Source: Breznakia sp. PF5-3
GTDB taxonomy: Bacteria; Bacillota_I; Bacilli_A; Erysipelotrichales; Erysipelotrichaceae
Direction: 5' to 3'
Assembly: GCF_029504745.1 (NCBI RefSeq)
Contig: NZ_JAQFIQ010000040.1
Span: forward strand, 1-21,948
DNA: 21,948 nucleotides
The notes below the pieces were generated by a model. It saw nothing but the letters and a program-made list of their open reading frames with translations. It ran no database searches and was not told the DNA's origin. The position numbers and the translations under genes are program-made. Below are positions 1-8,469 of this stretch, in pieces; position 1 is the first letter of the stretch, and each line of letters opens with the position of its first letter.

Positions 1-124
1 ATAACCAAGTGTATTATAACACTTTTCTAAAAAAACTGACATAGTTCAGAATTTTTAGTGTGAATGAAATATCATAGAATGATTTTTTAATATTATACTT
101 GATTTTTATTAACTAATTTTTTTA

Positions 125-138
125 TTACAAAATTGTAA
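125..138. promoter_or_regulatory. Perfect palindrome TTACAA-AA-TTGTAA upstream of the ABC transporter operon; candidate regulator operator
   Basis: The 6-2-6 inverted repeat was read directly, about 75 nt upstream of the ATG at 214. BceAB-type transporters are usually controlled by a response regulator that binds an inverted repeat. No regulator gene is in the window. Confidence 0.3.
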
Positions 139-213
139 GGTGAATGTAATATGAATCGATAGTATAGTTAACCTATAGGATATATACTTGAGGTATCAAT
201 AGAGGAGGTAGTT

Positions 214-981
214 ATGAAAAAGGTATTGGATGTTCAAAATATTGAGAAGTTTTATGGGACAAACGATAGTTTGACCAAAGCTTTGAATAAAATAAGTTTC
301 TCTGTAGAAGAGGGAGAGTTCATTGGGATTATGGGTCCTAGTGGTTCAGGTAAAACGACATTGTTAAATTGTGTTTCAACAATTGATCGAGTTACAAGTG
401 GACATATTTATATAGGTGGAAAAGATATTACAACGTTAAAAGGAAAAGATCTTTCAAAGTTTAGAAGAGATGAGTTAGGTTTTATTTTTCAAGATTTTAA
501 TTTATTAGATACACTTACTGCTTATGAAAATATTGCATTGGCATTAACTATTCAAAAGCAAAATCCAGCCATCATTGAGGAGCGGGTATTAGCAGTGGCT
601 GAAAAGTTGGAAATTGTTGATGTCTTACAAAAGTTTCCATATCAAATGAGTGGTGGTCAAAAGCAAAGGGTAGCATCTGCTAGAGCTTTGGTTCATGATC
701 CAAGTTTGATTTTGGCGGATGAACCAACAGGGGCTTTGGATTCGAAATCTAGTAGAATGTTACTTGATTCCATTGAAAAATTAAATCAGGAATTACAAGC
801 AACTATTATGATGGTTACCCATGATTCTTTTACAGCTTCTTATGCAAAACGTATTTTATTTATTAAAGATGGAAAGATATTTAATGAATTACATCGTGGA
901 AATGATACGAGAAAAGAGTTCTTTAATAAAATCATTGAAGTTGTTACATTAATGGGAGGAGATGTCTCTAATGTTCTTTAA
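214..981 (+). CDS. ABC transporter ATP-binding protein (MacB/BceA-like)
   Basis: Walker A GPSGSGKTT, ABC signature MSGGQKQRVASARAL, Walker B LILADEPTGALD and an H-loop VTHD are present. SD GAGGAGG lies upstream of the ATG. The 3' end overlaps the permease gene. Confidence 0.92.
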   Translation: MKKVLDVQNIEKFYGTNDSLTKALNKISFSVEEGEFIGIMGPSGSGKTTLLNCVSTIDRVTSGHIYIGGKDITTLKGKDLSKFRRDELGFIFQDFNLLDTLTAYENIALALTIQKQNPAIIEERVLAVAEKLEIVDVLQKFPYQMSGGQKQRVASARALVHDPSLILADEPTGALDSKSSRMLLDSIEKLNQELQATIMMVTHDSFTASYAKRILFIKDGKIFNELHRGNDTRKEFFNKIIEVVTLMGGDVSNVL

Positions 982-2983
982 ACTAGCAATGCAAAATGTT
1001 AGGAAAAGTTATAAAGATTATTCTATTTATTTTCTAACCTTAGCATTTTCTGTATGTTTGTTCTTTACGTTTAACTCTTTTCAAGAACAAGATGCAGTTA
1101 TGGCAATGAATAAAACACAGTCGATGATTATGGAACAATTATCAATGATGCTCTTGTGGTTGTCTTTTGTTGTAGCTATTATTTTAGGGTTTCTTATCTT
1201 ATATGCAAATAATTTTTTGATTAAAAGAAGGAAAAAAGAATTTGGTTTATATACATTATTAGGAATGCCAAAAGGACAGATTTCAAGAATTCTTGTTTAT
1301 GAAACTTTTATTATAGGGTTATTATCGTTAGGAGTTGGAATATTATTAGGAATTGGATTATCACAAATATTGACGATTGTTACAGCTAATTTGTTTACGA
1401 TTCCTTTAAATTATCATTTTGTGTTTTCATATGAAGCGACATTTCTTACCATTATAGCTTTTTCAATCATTTTTGTAGTTGTTATGATATTTAATACGTT
1501 TGTATTAAATAAATATAAGTTAATTGATTTGTTGTATGCAGATCGAAAAAATGATGTATTAAAAATTAAGAATGTGAAAATATATGTCTTGTTGTTTATC
1601 GTATCGATTGTTTGTTTGGGCAGCGCTTATGTATTGGCATGGAATCAAGGGTTGATAGCATTTCTGCGTTTGAATATCATCGTTCCTCTTGGATTGATTG
1701 GAACTTTCTTATTCTTCTTATCCTTGGCTGGTTTCTTGTTGCGTTTTGTGCAAACAAGCAAACGTTTGTATTTTAGAAATTTGAATATGTTTGTTTTAAG
1801 AGAAGTAAATTCAAGTATTAAATCAAATTTTATATCAATGAGTTTTGTTTGTATTATGTTGTTGTTTTCAATTGGAGCATTGGCTACAGGGTTTAGTTTA
1901 AATGATACGATTAATAAGACAATCGAATCTATAACGCCTTATGATTTATCCTATCAAGCATGGAATTATATGGATGAAGAGCAAAAAATGGAGTATTTCT
2001 TAGAAGATTTAAAAATCAAAGAAAATAAAGATATTAAAAGTGTGAAAGAAATAAGTGTTTATGAAAGTGATTTAGATGGCAAGACATTAAGTAAATATTT
2101 ACACCGAGATGAACAAAGTTATTTTTTTCAAGATGAACATCTTGCCGAAGTGATTAAGTTAAGTGAGTATAATCAATTGATGCGTGATACAGGAAGAGAA
2201 GAAGTGAAATTAAAGAAAGGTGAAGCAGCATTTTTCTCTAATAATAATGTCATTATGGAGGAACAGGAAGAATTACTAGAACAAAAAGATGCCTATAAAA
2301 TATATGGGAAACAGTATGATATCATTGATTATGAACCTAGTATTATGAGTATTGCGACAACAAGTAGTAGTGGTGTTATAGGTTTTGGAATTATTATGAA
2401 TGATAATGAAATTCCATCCAATGCAGTATTACAATATAGATATTATAATATGCAGGTAAAAGATGGTGCTAATATTAGCGAAGTGGCAGAAAATATGCGT
2501 AATCAAATGGCTGCTAAAAATGAAAAGGTTGAAGATGAAGCATATTATTATGATGATTATAGTTTAATGGATAGAGAGGAAGCATATGCGCAGAATAAAG
2601 GGATGTCAGTAATTGCAACATATGCAGGTATTTATTTGGGTATTGTGTTCTTATTAGCTAGTGCAGCTGTTTTAGCACTGCAACAGCTTTCAAAAGCGAG
2701 TGATAATAAACAACGGTATTCGGTTCTTTCGAAGATTGGTACAGATCATAAAATGATTAATAAATCTGTTTTTCTTCAGTTGTCTATATACTTCTTAATA
2801 CCTTTAATGCTTGGTGTTATTCATAGTGTTGTAGGAATTAATGTTGTAAATAGTGTAGTAGTGTATGTAGGAAAGGTTGATATTTTGTTTTCATCAACAA
2901 TCACTGCAATTGTGTTATTGTTGATATATGGATCCTATTTTGCACTTACATATATAGGGTATAAAAATATCATTAAATCATAG
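962..2983 (+). CDS. FtsX-family ABC permease with BceB-like topology (about 10 TM, large extracellular domain between TM7 and TM8)
   Basis: The 673-aa protein has hydrophobic segments grouped 4+3, then a hydrophilic stretch of about 230 aa (roughly residues 315-545), then 3 more. It is translationally coupled to the ATPase. The true start may be the ATG at 971 (MFFKLAMQNV). Confidence 0.85.
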   Translation: MSLMFFKLAMQNVRKSYKDYSIYFLTLAFSVCLFFTFNSFQEQDAVMAMNKTQSMIMEQLSMMLLWLSFVVAIILGFLILYANNFLIKRRKKEFGLYTLLGMPKGQISRILVYETFIIGLLSLGVGILLGIGLSQILTIVTANLFTIPLNYHFVFSYEATFLTIIAFSIIFVVVMIFNTFVLNKYKLIDLLYADRKNDVLKIKNVKIYVLLFIVSIVCLGSAYVLAWNQGLIAFLRLNIIVPLGLIGTFLFFLSLAGFLLRFVQTSKRLYFRNLNMFVLREVNSSIKSNFISMSFVCIMLLFSIGALATGFSLNDTINKTIESITPYDLSYQAWNYMDEEQKMEYFLEDLKIKENKDIKSVKEISVYESDLDGKTLSKYLHRDEQSYFFQDEHLAEVIKLSEYNQLMRDTGREEVKLKKGEAAFFSNNNVIMEEQEELLEQKDAYKIYGKQYDIIDYEPSIMSIATTSSSGVIGFGIIMNDNEIPSNAVLQYRYYNMQVKDGANISEVAENMRNQMAAKNEKVEDEAYYYDDYSLMDREEAYAQNKGMSVIATYAGIYLGIVFLLASAAVLALQQLSKASDNKQRYSVLSKIGTDHKMINKSVFLQLSIYFLIPLMLGVIHSVVGINVVNSVVVYVGKVDILFSSTITAIVLLLIYGSYFALTYIGYKNIIKS

Positions 2984-2996
2984 AGGTAGGGAGGTT

Positions 2997-3026
2997 AAAA
3001 AGTATGCTTTAGAAGCATACTTTTTA
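2997..3026 (+). terminator. Rho-independent terminator after the ABC permease
   Basis: Stem AAAAGTATGCTT / AAGCATACTTTT with a 3-nt loop, followed by a T-run. Confidence 0.75.
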
Positions 3027-3100
3027 ATTTTTCAGTGCAAATCTTTTAAAAAAATTGTACGAATACGATAAAATGTGTATAGGAAAGGAAGGTTTTTTTT

Positions 3101-5758
3101 ATGGAAGAAAAGGAGTATTATCGAGCGACTAGTTTAGAAGTTATAGAGGATTTAAAAACAAATGAGGAAAGAGGATTAACAAAAGAACAGGTACTTGAGA
3201 GACAAGAACAATATGGAAAGAATATACTGGAAACGGGTGAAAAGGTTTCAGTATGGAAAATATTATTTGAAAAGGTAAACAATATAATCGTGTATTTATT
3301 GCTTGCAGCAGCGATTGTATCATTTTTGATGAATGATCCAATTGAAGGAGTTGCTGTTTTAATAGCAGTATTTATTGCGGTTATTTTTGGTTTTGTGACA
3401 GAGTTTAAAGCACAAAAATCAGTGGAATCATTACAATCAATGATCAAGAGTACCACCAATGTATTACGTGATGGAAAGATAGAAGTAATCAATTCGGATG
3501 AATTGGTTGTAGGAGACATTATTAAGCTTTCTGGAGGAGATTCTATCAATGCAGATGCAAGATTAGTTCAAACTCAAAACTTTGCCTGTATTGAGTCTGC
3601 CTTGACTGGAGAGTCGGCTCCGGTGTCAAAGGATAGTGCATTGGTCTTTGATGAAGAAACATCACTTGGAGACCGAAAGAATTATGTATATGCAGGAACA
3701 GCTGTAACAAGAGGAAATGCAACGGCTGTTGTAACGGCAACAGGAATGCGAAGTGAAGTAGGTCAGATTAGTGATATGTTGAAACAACACAAGAAAGAGG
3801 AAACACCATTAAATAAAGAATTAAATCATTTAGGAAAATTATTGATTGGTTTAGCTGCTTTGTTTGCTGGAATTGTAATTGTTTTAGGTTTATTAACAGG
3901 TAGAGAATTAAGCTTTATTATTCAGATTGCATTAATTCTAGCAATCGCTGCAATTCCTGAGGCGATGCCAGCGGTTTCAACGATTACCCTAGCAAGAGGA
4001 ATGGCACGAATGAGTGAGCATAAAGCACTTGTGAAAAGCTTACCAGCGGTAGAAACATTAGGGTCTACCAGTGTTATCTGTAGTGACAAAACAGGTACTT
4101 TAACTGAGAATCAGATGACAGTTTCAAAAATCTATCTTTTAAATAAAGGTGTTTATAATGTCAGTGGTGGAGGATATCACTTTGAAGGCGATGTAAGCAA
4201 AGATGGAGAAAAGGTAGCACTTGAAAACGAACCAGAACTAAAAGACTTTATTTATGCATCTGTTTTAAATACCAATGCTACAATAAAAACAGAAGATAAT
4301 GGAGAGAAGGTAGTGATTGGTGATCCTACAGAAGGAGCACTTATCACCTTAGGTAAAAAGTTATCCATAGATCGAAACACATTAGAGGAAAATGGACATA
4401 TCAGAGTAGATGAGATTCCCTTTAATTCAAAGCTTAAATATATGATTACATTGTATGAACATGAAGGAAAAAGAAAAACATATATCAAAGGTGGTCCAGA
4501 TGTATTGTTGGATATGTCAAATCATAATCAAGATACAAAAGAAAGAATTGAGAAGGAAAACCAAGCATTAGCGAAACATGGCTTGCGTGTATTAGCCATT
4601 GGTGAAATTACAGATAATGAAGCAATTTATCATAATAATTGTGATGGTAATGTTAAGATACTAGGGCTTGTAGGAATCGTTGATCCACCAAGAGAAGATG
4701 TGAAAGAAGCTATTAAAATTTGTCAAGATGCAGGAATTCGTGTAAAGATGATTACAGGAGATCATCCACAAACAGCATCTATGATTGCCAAAGAAATTGG
4801 TATGGATGAATATGAAGAAACGATGACAGGATTTGAATTTGATGTTGCAGATAAGGATGAAAACTTTCCCAAAGAAGTATGTAAGACAGGTGTTTTCGCA
4901 AGAGTCTCACCAAGAAACAAGTTAGAGATTGTAAATATTTTGAAAGATAATGGAGAAGTTGTTGCGATGACAGGGGATGGGGTTAATGATGCTCCAGCAT
5001 TAAATGGTGCTGATATTGGTGTCGCCATGGGAATCCGTGGTACAGAGGTGGCAAAAGAAGCAGCTGATATGATTCTTACAAATGATCGGTTTTCTACAAT
5101 TATCAATGCAGTAAAAGAAGGTAGGATTATATTTGCCAATATTCGTAAGTTTGTATATTATTTATTTTCTTGTAACATGGTAGAGATTACAGCTATTATG
5201 CTGAGTTTGATATTCTTGTTACCAGATTTACCTGTACAGCCTCTACATATATTGTGGTTGAATTTGGTGGTTGATATTTTCCCAGCTATGTCATTGGGCT
5301 TTGAACCAGCAGAAGATAATATTATGAAACAACAACCAAGAGGGAAAGAAGAAGGTTTATTGACAAAGAAGTTTCTTGTAAGAATTCTTCTTAGTGGGGC
5401 TGTATTGGGAGTATCATCATTTGTGATTTATCAACTAATGTTGCTACGTGGAGCTCCGATTATAGAAGCACAAACAACTACTTTCACATTGATGGCAATT
5501 ATGCAACTATTGCATATTTTGAATGTTAGAAGAGAAAAAACATTTGGCTTGGATAAGTCATTACTTAAAAATAAATCAATGATATTCTCTATGTTGTTGG
5601 CAATAACATTACAACTTGTAGCAGTATATGTACCTGTATTTAATGACATACTAGGAACTGTACCATTACCATTTATTGATTGGGTATTAATCTTAGGAAT
5701 TTCAATTATTGCGACAATCTTAGTATATGTATTGAAAAAGGTATTTGCTTTAAAATAG
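3101..5758 (+). CDS. P-type cation-transporting ATPase, P2 (Ca2+-ATPase-like)
   Basis: Motifs LTGES, the phosphorylation site CSDKTGTLT, the hinge MTGDGVNDAPAL and IPEAMPAV in TM4 are present. The protein is 885 aa with N- and C-terminal TM bundles. Confidence 0.92.
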   Translation: MEEKEYYRATSLEVIEDLKTNEERGLTKEQVLERQEQYGKNILETGEKVSVWKILFEKVNNIIVYLLLAAAIVSFLMNDPIEGVAVLIAVFIAVIFGFVTEFKAQKSVESLQSMIKSTTNVLRDGKIEVINSDELVVGDIIKLSGGDSINADARLVQTQNFACIESALTGESAPVSKDSALVFDEETSLGDRKNYVYAGTAVTRGNATAVVTATGMRSEVGQISDMLKQHKKEETPLNKELNHLGKLLIGLAALFAGIVIVLGLLTGRELSFIIQIALILAIAAIPEAMPAVSTITLARGMARMSEHKALVKSLPAVETLGSTSVICSDKTGTLTENQMTVSKIYLLNKGVYNVSGGGYHFEGDVSKDGEKVALENEPELKDFIYASVLNTNATIKTEDNGEKVVIGDPTEGALITLGKKLSIDRNTLEENGHIRVDEIPFNSKLKYMITLYEHEGKRKTYIKGGPDVLLDMSNHNQDTKERIEKENQALAKHGLRVLAIGEITDNEAIYHNNCDGNVKILGLVGIVDPPREDVKEAIKICQDAGIRVKMITGDHPQTASMIAKEIGMDEYEETMTGFEFDVADKDENFPKEVCKTGVFARVSPRNKLEIVNILKDNGEVVAMTGDGVNDAPALNGADIGVAMGIRGTEVAKEAADMILTNDRFSTIINAVKEGRIIFANIRKFVYYLFSCNMVEITAIMLSLIFLLPDLPVQPLHILWLNLVVDIFPAMSLGFEPAEDNIMKQQPRGKEEGLLTKKFLVRILLSGAVLGVSSFVIYQLMLLRGAPIIEAQTTTFTLMAIMQLLHILNVRREKTFGLDKSLLKNKSMIFSMLLAITLQLVAVYVPVFNDILGTVPLPFIDWVLILGISIIATILVYVLKKVFALK

Positions 5759-5759
5759 G

Positions 5760-5784
5760 AAGGATGAGAACTCATCCTTTTTTA
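5760..5784 (+). terminator. Rho-independent terminator after the ATPase
   Basis: AGGATGAG / CTCATCCT inverted repeat followed by TTTTTT, immediately after the stop codon. Confidence 0.7.
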
Positions 5785-5807
5785 TGTGTTTTATTTGGTT
5801 TAGAATA

Positions 5808-5836
5808 TTGAAAAAAGTATTTGTTCATGGTATCAT
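5808..5836 (+). promoter_or_regulatory. Candidate sigma-A promoter for the tRNA
   Basis: TTGAAA (5808-5813), 17-nt spacer, TATCAT (5831-5836) preceded by TGG (extended -10). It lies about 19 nt upstream of the tRNA 5' end. Confidence 0.5.
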
Positions 5837-5854
5837 TATCTAGCAGTGAAAATT

Positions 5855-5928
5855 AGGGGTGTAGTACAATGGTAGTATAACGGTCTCCAAAACCGCTGAT
5901 ACGGGTTCAATTCCTGTCACCCCTGCCA
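5855..5928 (+). tRNA. tRNA-Trp (anticodon CCA), with encoded 3' CCA
   Basis: Hand-folded 74-nt cloverleaf. Acceptor AGGGGTG/CACCCCT, D stem GTAC/GTAT, anticodon stem CGGT/ACCG with loop CTCCAAA, T stem ACGGG/CCTGT with loop TTCAATT, discriminator G plus CCA. Confidence 0.88.
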
Positions 5929-5940
5929 TAGAAATTTTAA

Positions 5941-5967
5941 CCCTTTATTCAAGGGCTTTTTTTATGC
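5941..5967 (+). terminator. Short terminator-like hairpin after the tRNA
   Basis: CCCTT-TATTC-AAGGG followed by CTTTTTTT. The stem is short, so this call is tentative. Confidence 0.45.
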
Positions 5968-6113
5968 CTTAATGAAAAATTCAGAAAAATCAAAATTATG
6001 ATTATAACTCTAGCAAAATTCAATAAGCGCTACTATGTTTATTGTATAAATGCAAAGGGTATATAATATATAGCAATTTATCAAAATAAAAAAAACGAAA
6101 TTATATTTCATAA

Positions 6114-6420
6114 GAGGAAAATAAAGATAGGAATGGTAATTTTATTAATTATGAGAGGTATACAGGTAAGAAGAAGATTAAAAGTAAAAAAGAAGTAGGG
6201 AAATTAGATAAGAAATTTAAAGAAAAACATGGAGAATATTGAAAAGAATGACCATAGTTCAAACATGTCAATTGAAGAAGCTCAAGAACTTTATTTCAGG
6301 GAAACAAAGGATTATCTGAAAGCAACTACTTTATATAAAGATGGTAAGTTGATGAGAAACTTTGGGCATTTATTCAATATGAAAATGTCATCAATTACAA
6401 GTAAAGATTTCAAATATTAA
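6114..6420 (+). pseudogene. Tyrosine-recombinase (phage integrase) N-terminal remnant, frameshifted and truncated
   Basis: One frame reads KDRNGNFINYERYTGKKKIKSKKEVGKLDKKFKEKHGEY* (arm-binding/AP2-like pattern). A shifted frame continues SIEEAQELYFRETKDYLKATTLYKDGKLMRNFGHLFNMKMSSITSKDFKY* (SAM-like core-binding pattern). No catalytic domain follows. Confidence 0.5.
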
Positions 6421-6813
6421 AAATTTTGTATTTTGTTAAATAATGATTCGACAGATTGGTATATTTTATTTGATTTTTAATAATAAAAAATATTTATAGT
6501 GGTCTTCCGTTTAAGTTGTTTGTTAAATAATTGGAGGTAAAAAAATAAGTTTAAATTATAATAACTTAATACCAACTGAGGACATTCCTACTTATCTTAA
6601 TGATGAGCAAAGCTAACCTAAGTTGTTGGAAATAACGATCTATTTAATAACAAAAGAAGTAGATTTTGAAAATTGCTCTTTAAATAGAAGCGACTATCAT
6701 TATGATAATTATAAAATCAATAAGGATCAAGATTATGTAAAAATTATGATGCTTTTTTTGATAATTGGTTTATAATAAGAAATGAAACATTTGGTGAATT
6801 ATAATGTTTTAAT

Positions 6814-7881
6814 TTACTCTTTAGTTTTAGGTTTGATAGGATTAGCAAATATTACTTCTTGTTTTGGAAAGCGAATACTATCATATATTGTGCAAAGGTT
6901 TTTCGCCAAATGAAAGTCAAGGTTTTGACTAAATATATATTTATAACTATTTTGTATAATAATTTGATTATATGAATCTACTTGTGTAATATTTTCAAGT
7001 ATCTTTATTTTCTTGTGATCTTTTTGCATTGCTTTTGCATGATATTCTTTTTCATATAGTACTAATAATATAGTTGGAGACAATGGGATAATAATTTCAA
7101 CTCCAAATGAATTTATCCCAGTGGTCGAAATGATAGGGTTAGATATGCGATTAAAAACAGAAATTATACTATCTGATGTATAAAATAATGATTCGGTTTT
7201 ATTTAAATAGAAAACCCATAAATGATTATAAAATCTTTCACTTAAATCATTAAGAAAAGTAGGATCCAATAAGAAACTTAGATGATAGGCTTTAGCTCTT
7301 TCTTTTTCAGATATTGGGCTATTAATATAAACGGAAACGTCTTCATTATTTGTTCTATAAATTAAGTCTTCATAAACCTGAGGAATAACCACCTCATGCA
7401 TATCCTTAAAAAATTTCCTATTTTTTGGAGTTCTAATAAATTGAATTGCAAGGAAAAGCGAAATATTTCTTTTCTCATTTTCATCAATGCAAAAGCAGTT
7501 ATTAACTTCCCATATTGAAAATTCTTGTATGTTAGCAATAACTTTTTTTATTGCATCTCCAGAAAAACTTTCAATATCAGCTAGATAGTTTTCAAAGAGA
7601 TTCTTTTTAAATATATCAGATAATTTAAGTTTTCCTTTAGATTTAAAAAAAGTACTCACTTTTAATTTTAATATTTCTTTTTTAGAAAAGTGTTTTCTAA
7701 TAGATTCGAAATCCAAATCATAAAAATAATTTTCAGATGCTATATTTCGAATGTTTTGTTTTTCTAATGTAAGTAAGCGCTCTTTTTCAAAAACATTAAT
7801 GTAAAATCCCTTTTTTATAGGAGTACTAAAATTTTTAAGATAAAAAATAGGAATATAATGTTGTTTTTTTGTATTATTCAT
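6814..7881 (-). CDS. DUF4238-like protein (candidate anti-phage effector)
   Basis: The N-terminus MNNTKKQHYIPIFYLKNFS matches the HY[IV]PxFYLxxF signature I associate with Pfam DUF4238. The protein is about 355 aa with no TM or signal peptide. The track starts at GTG 7893; ATG 7881 with the upstream AAGGAAAGG seems the more likely start. Confidence 0.6.
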   Translation of the reverse strand: MNNTKKQHYIPIFYLKNFSTPIKKGFYINVFEKERLLTLEKQNIRNIASENYFYDLDFESIRKHFSKKEILKLKVSTFFKSKGKLKLSDIFKKNLFENYLADIESFSGDAIKKVIANIQEFSIWEVNNCFCIDENEKRNISLFLAIQFIRTPKNRKFFKDMHEVVIPQVYEDLIYRTNNEDVSVYINSPISEKERAKAYHLSFLLDPTFLNDLSERFYNHLWVFYLNKTESLFYTSDSIISVFNRISNPIISTTGINSFGVEIIIPLSPTILLVLYEKEYHAKAMQKDHKKIKILENITQVDSYNQIIIQNSYKYIFSQNLDFHLAKNLCTIYDSIRFPKQEVIFANPIKPKTKE

Positions 7882-7902
7882 AGAGTATATCACCTTTCCT
7901 TG

Positions 7903-7930
7903 TTGAAAAAAAATTCAAATTTATTATAAT
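7903..7930 (+). promoter_or_regulatory. Near-consensus sigma-A promoter driving the ncRNA/RT unit
   Basis: TTGAAA (7903-7908), 16-nt spacer, TATAAT (7925-7930). The predicted TSS is near 7937. It lies only about 10-20 nt from the divergent DUF4238 start codon. Confidence 0.6.
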
Positions 7931-7936
7931 ATAATT

Positions 7937-8215
7937 ATAGTAGAACTGAGTTAACAATACTATAGGTTTTGCTAGCATTATTGCAAAGAAATTTGCGTTG
8001 ATTTTTTGTTGGGTTGAAAGAATTGAGGCTCGTCTTTGACGAGACGCAATTCTGGCCTGTTATGGAGTGTTTGTGACGCCCTTCGGACCCAAGGTCCTCG
8101 AGCTTGTCTACAAACACTGAGCCATCCCACCATGAGGCCAGGCAAATAGAGAATTATTGAGTTACTGGATCATGACATCCCTCTAATAGAAATTAGTTTT
8201 GAAAGGAGGGATGGA
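7937..8215 (+). ncRNA. Candidate retron-type non-coding RNA (msr-msd-like); boundaries uncertain
   Basis: Three consecutive structures precede the RT. First, hairpin 7967-7972/7983-7988. Second, stem 7993-7998/8044-8049 enclosing hairpin CTCGTC-TTT-GACGAG (8029-8043). Third, a 90-nt nested hairpin at 8052-8141. That hairpin has outer stem CTGGCCT/AGGCCAG, inner 9-bp stem AGTGTTTGT/ACAAACACT and apical GGACC-CAA-GGTCC. It is about 57% GC by hand count in otherwise AT-rich DNA. Confidence 0.5.
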
Positions 8216-8217
8216 AT

Positions 8218-8415
8218 ATGAAGAATAATCGATTTAAATTAATAATTATAATTATAATCATAATGGTTCTTCCTAAAGTAATGTATCCTCAGCTGTCAAA
8301 TGAAGCAATTGATTATTATTTTAATAGCTTACAGACGGCAATAACATTGTTTTTATTTTTTAGAGATGAAAATATAATGACTGTGGGATGTCATCACTTG
8401 AACATGTGCAGATAA
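8218..8415 (+). CDS. Hypothetical small hydrophobic protein (65 aa); may be non-coding
   Basis: A strong SD AAAGGAGGG sits 8 nt before the ATG. The N-terminal segment KLIIIIIIIMVLP and a second segment AITLFLFF are hydrophobic. The codons are low-complexity AT repeats, so a spurious ORF is possible. Confidence 0.25.
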   Translation: MKNNRFKLIIIIIIIMVLPKVMYPQLSNEAIDYYFNSLQTAITLFLFFRDENIMTVGCHHLNMCR

Positions 8416-8469
8416 GTATTGTTGTTCAATAATTTGTTTGATATTTGCTTGGCGTATTCATAATTAGGA

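Noticed and set aside
3118-5775. Several minus-strand ORFs (3118-3549, 3141-3341, 3546-3740, 4252-4488, 4762-5139, 5431-5775) inside the P-type ATPase gene.
   Set aside because: They lie fully within a strongly supported 885-aa CDS on the opposite strand. Their compositions are Ser/Ile/Phe-rich and typical of antisense reading, and none carries a recognisable motif.
6421-6813. A 390-bp non-coding stretch between the integrase remnant and the DUF4238 gene, with short ORF fragments.
   Set aside because: I could only read short, stop-interrupted fragments with no recognisable motif or structure. It is most simply decayed islet DNA.
7935-8117. A 60-aa minus-strand ORF (GTG start) running antisense through the GC-rich hairpin region.
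   Set aside because: It coincides exactly with the GC-rich structured segment, where stop codons are simply rarer. It has no convincing SD and a composition typical of translated hairpin arms. The only caveat is that an antisense or cDNA-encoded ORF would matter if the RT worked by a DRT2-like gene-synthesis mechanism, which I cannot evaluate here.
8157-8166. The 10-mer TGAGTTACTG is identical to the sequence I remember at the msr/msd junction of retron Ec86. A related CTGAGTTAAC occurs at 7946-7955.
   Set aside because: A single 10-mer recalled from memory in AT-rich DNA is not evidence of homology. Its position, 3' of the long hairpin, also differs from Ec86.
8230-8265. The AT-only tandem-like repeat AATTAATAATTATAATTATAATCATAAT, considered as a possible CRISPR or satellite repeat.
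   Set aside because: It is short, imperfect low-complexity sequence with no repeat-spacer periodicity. No CRISPR array is present anywhere in the window.
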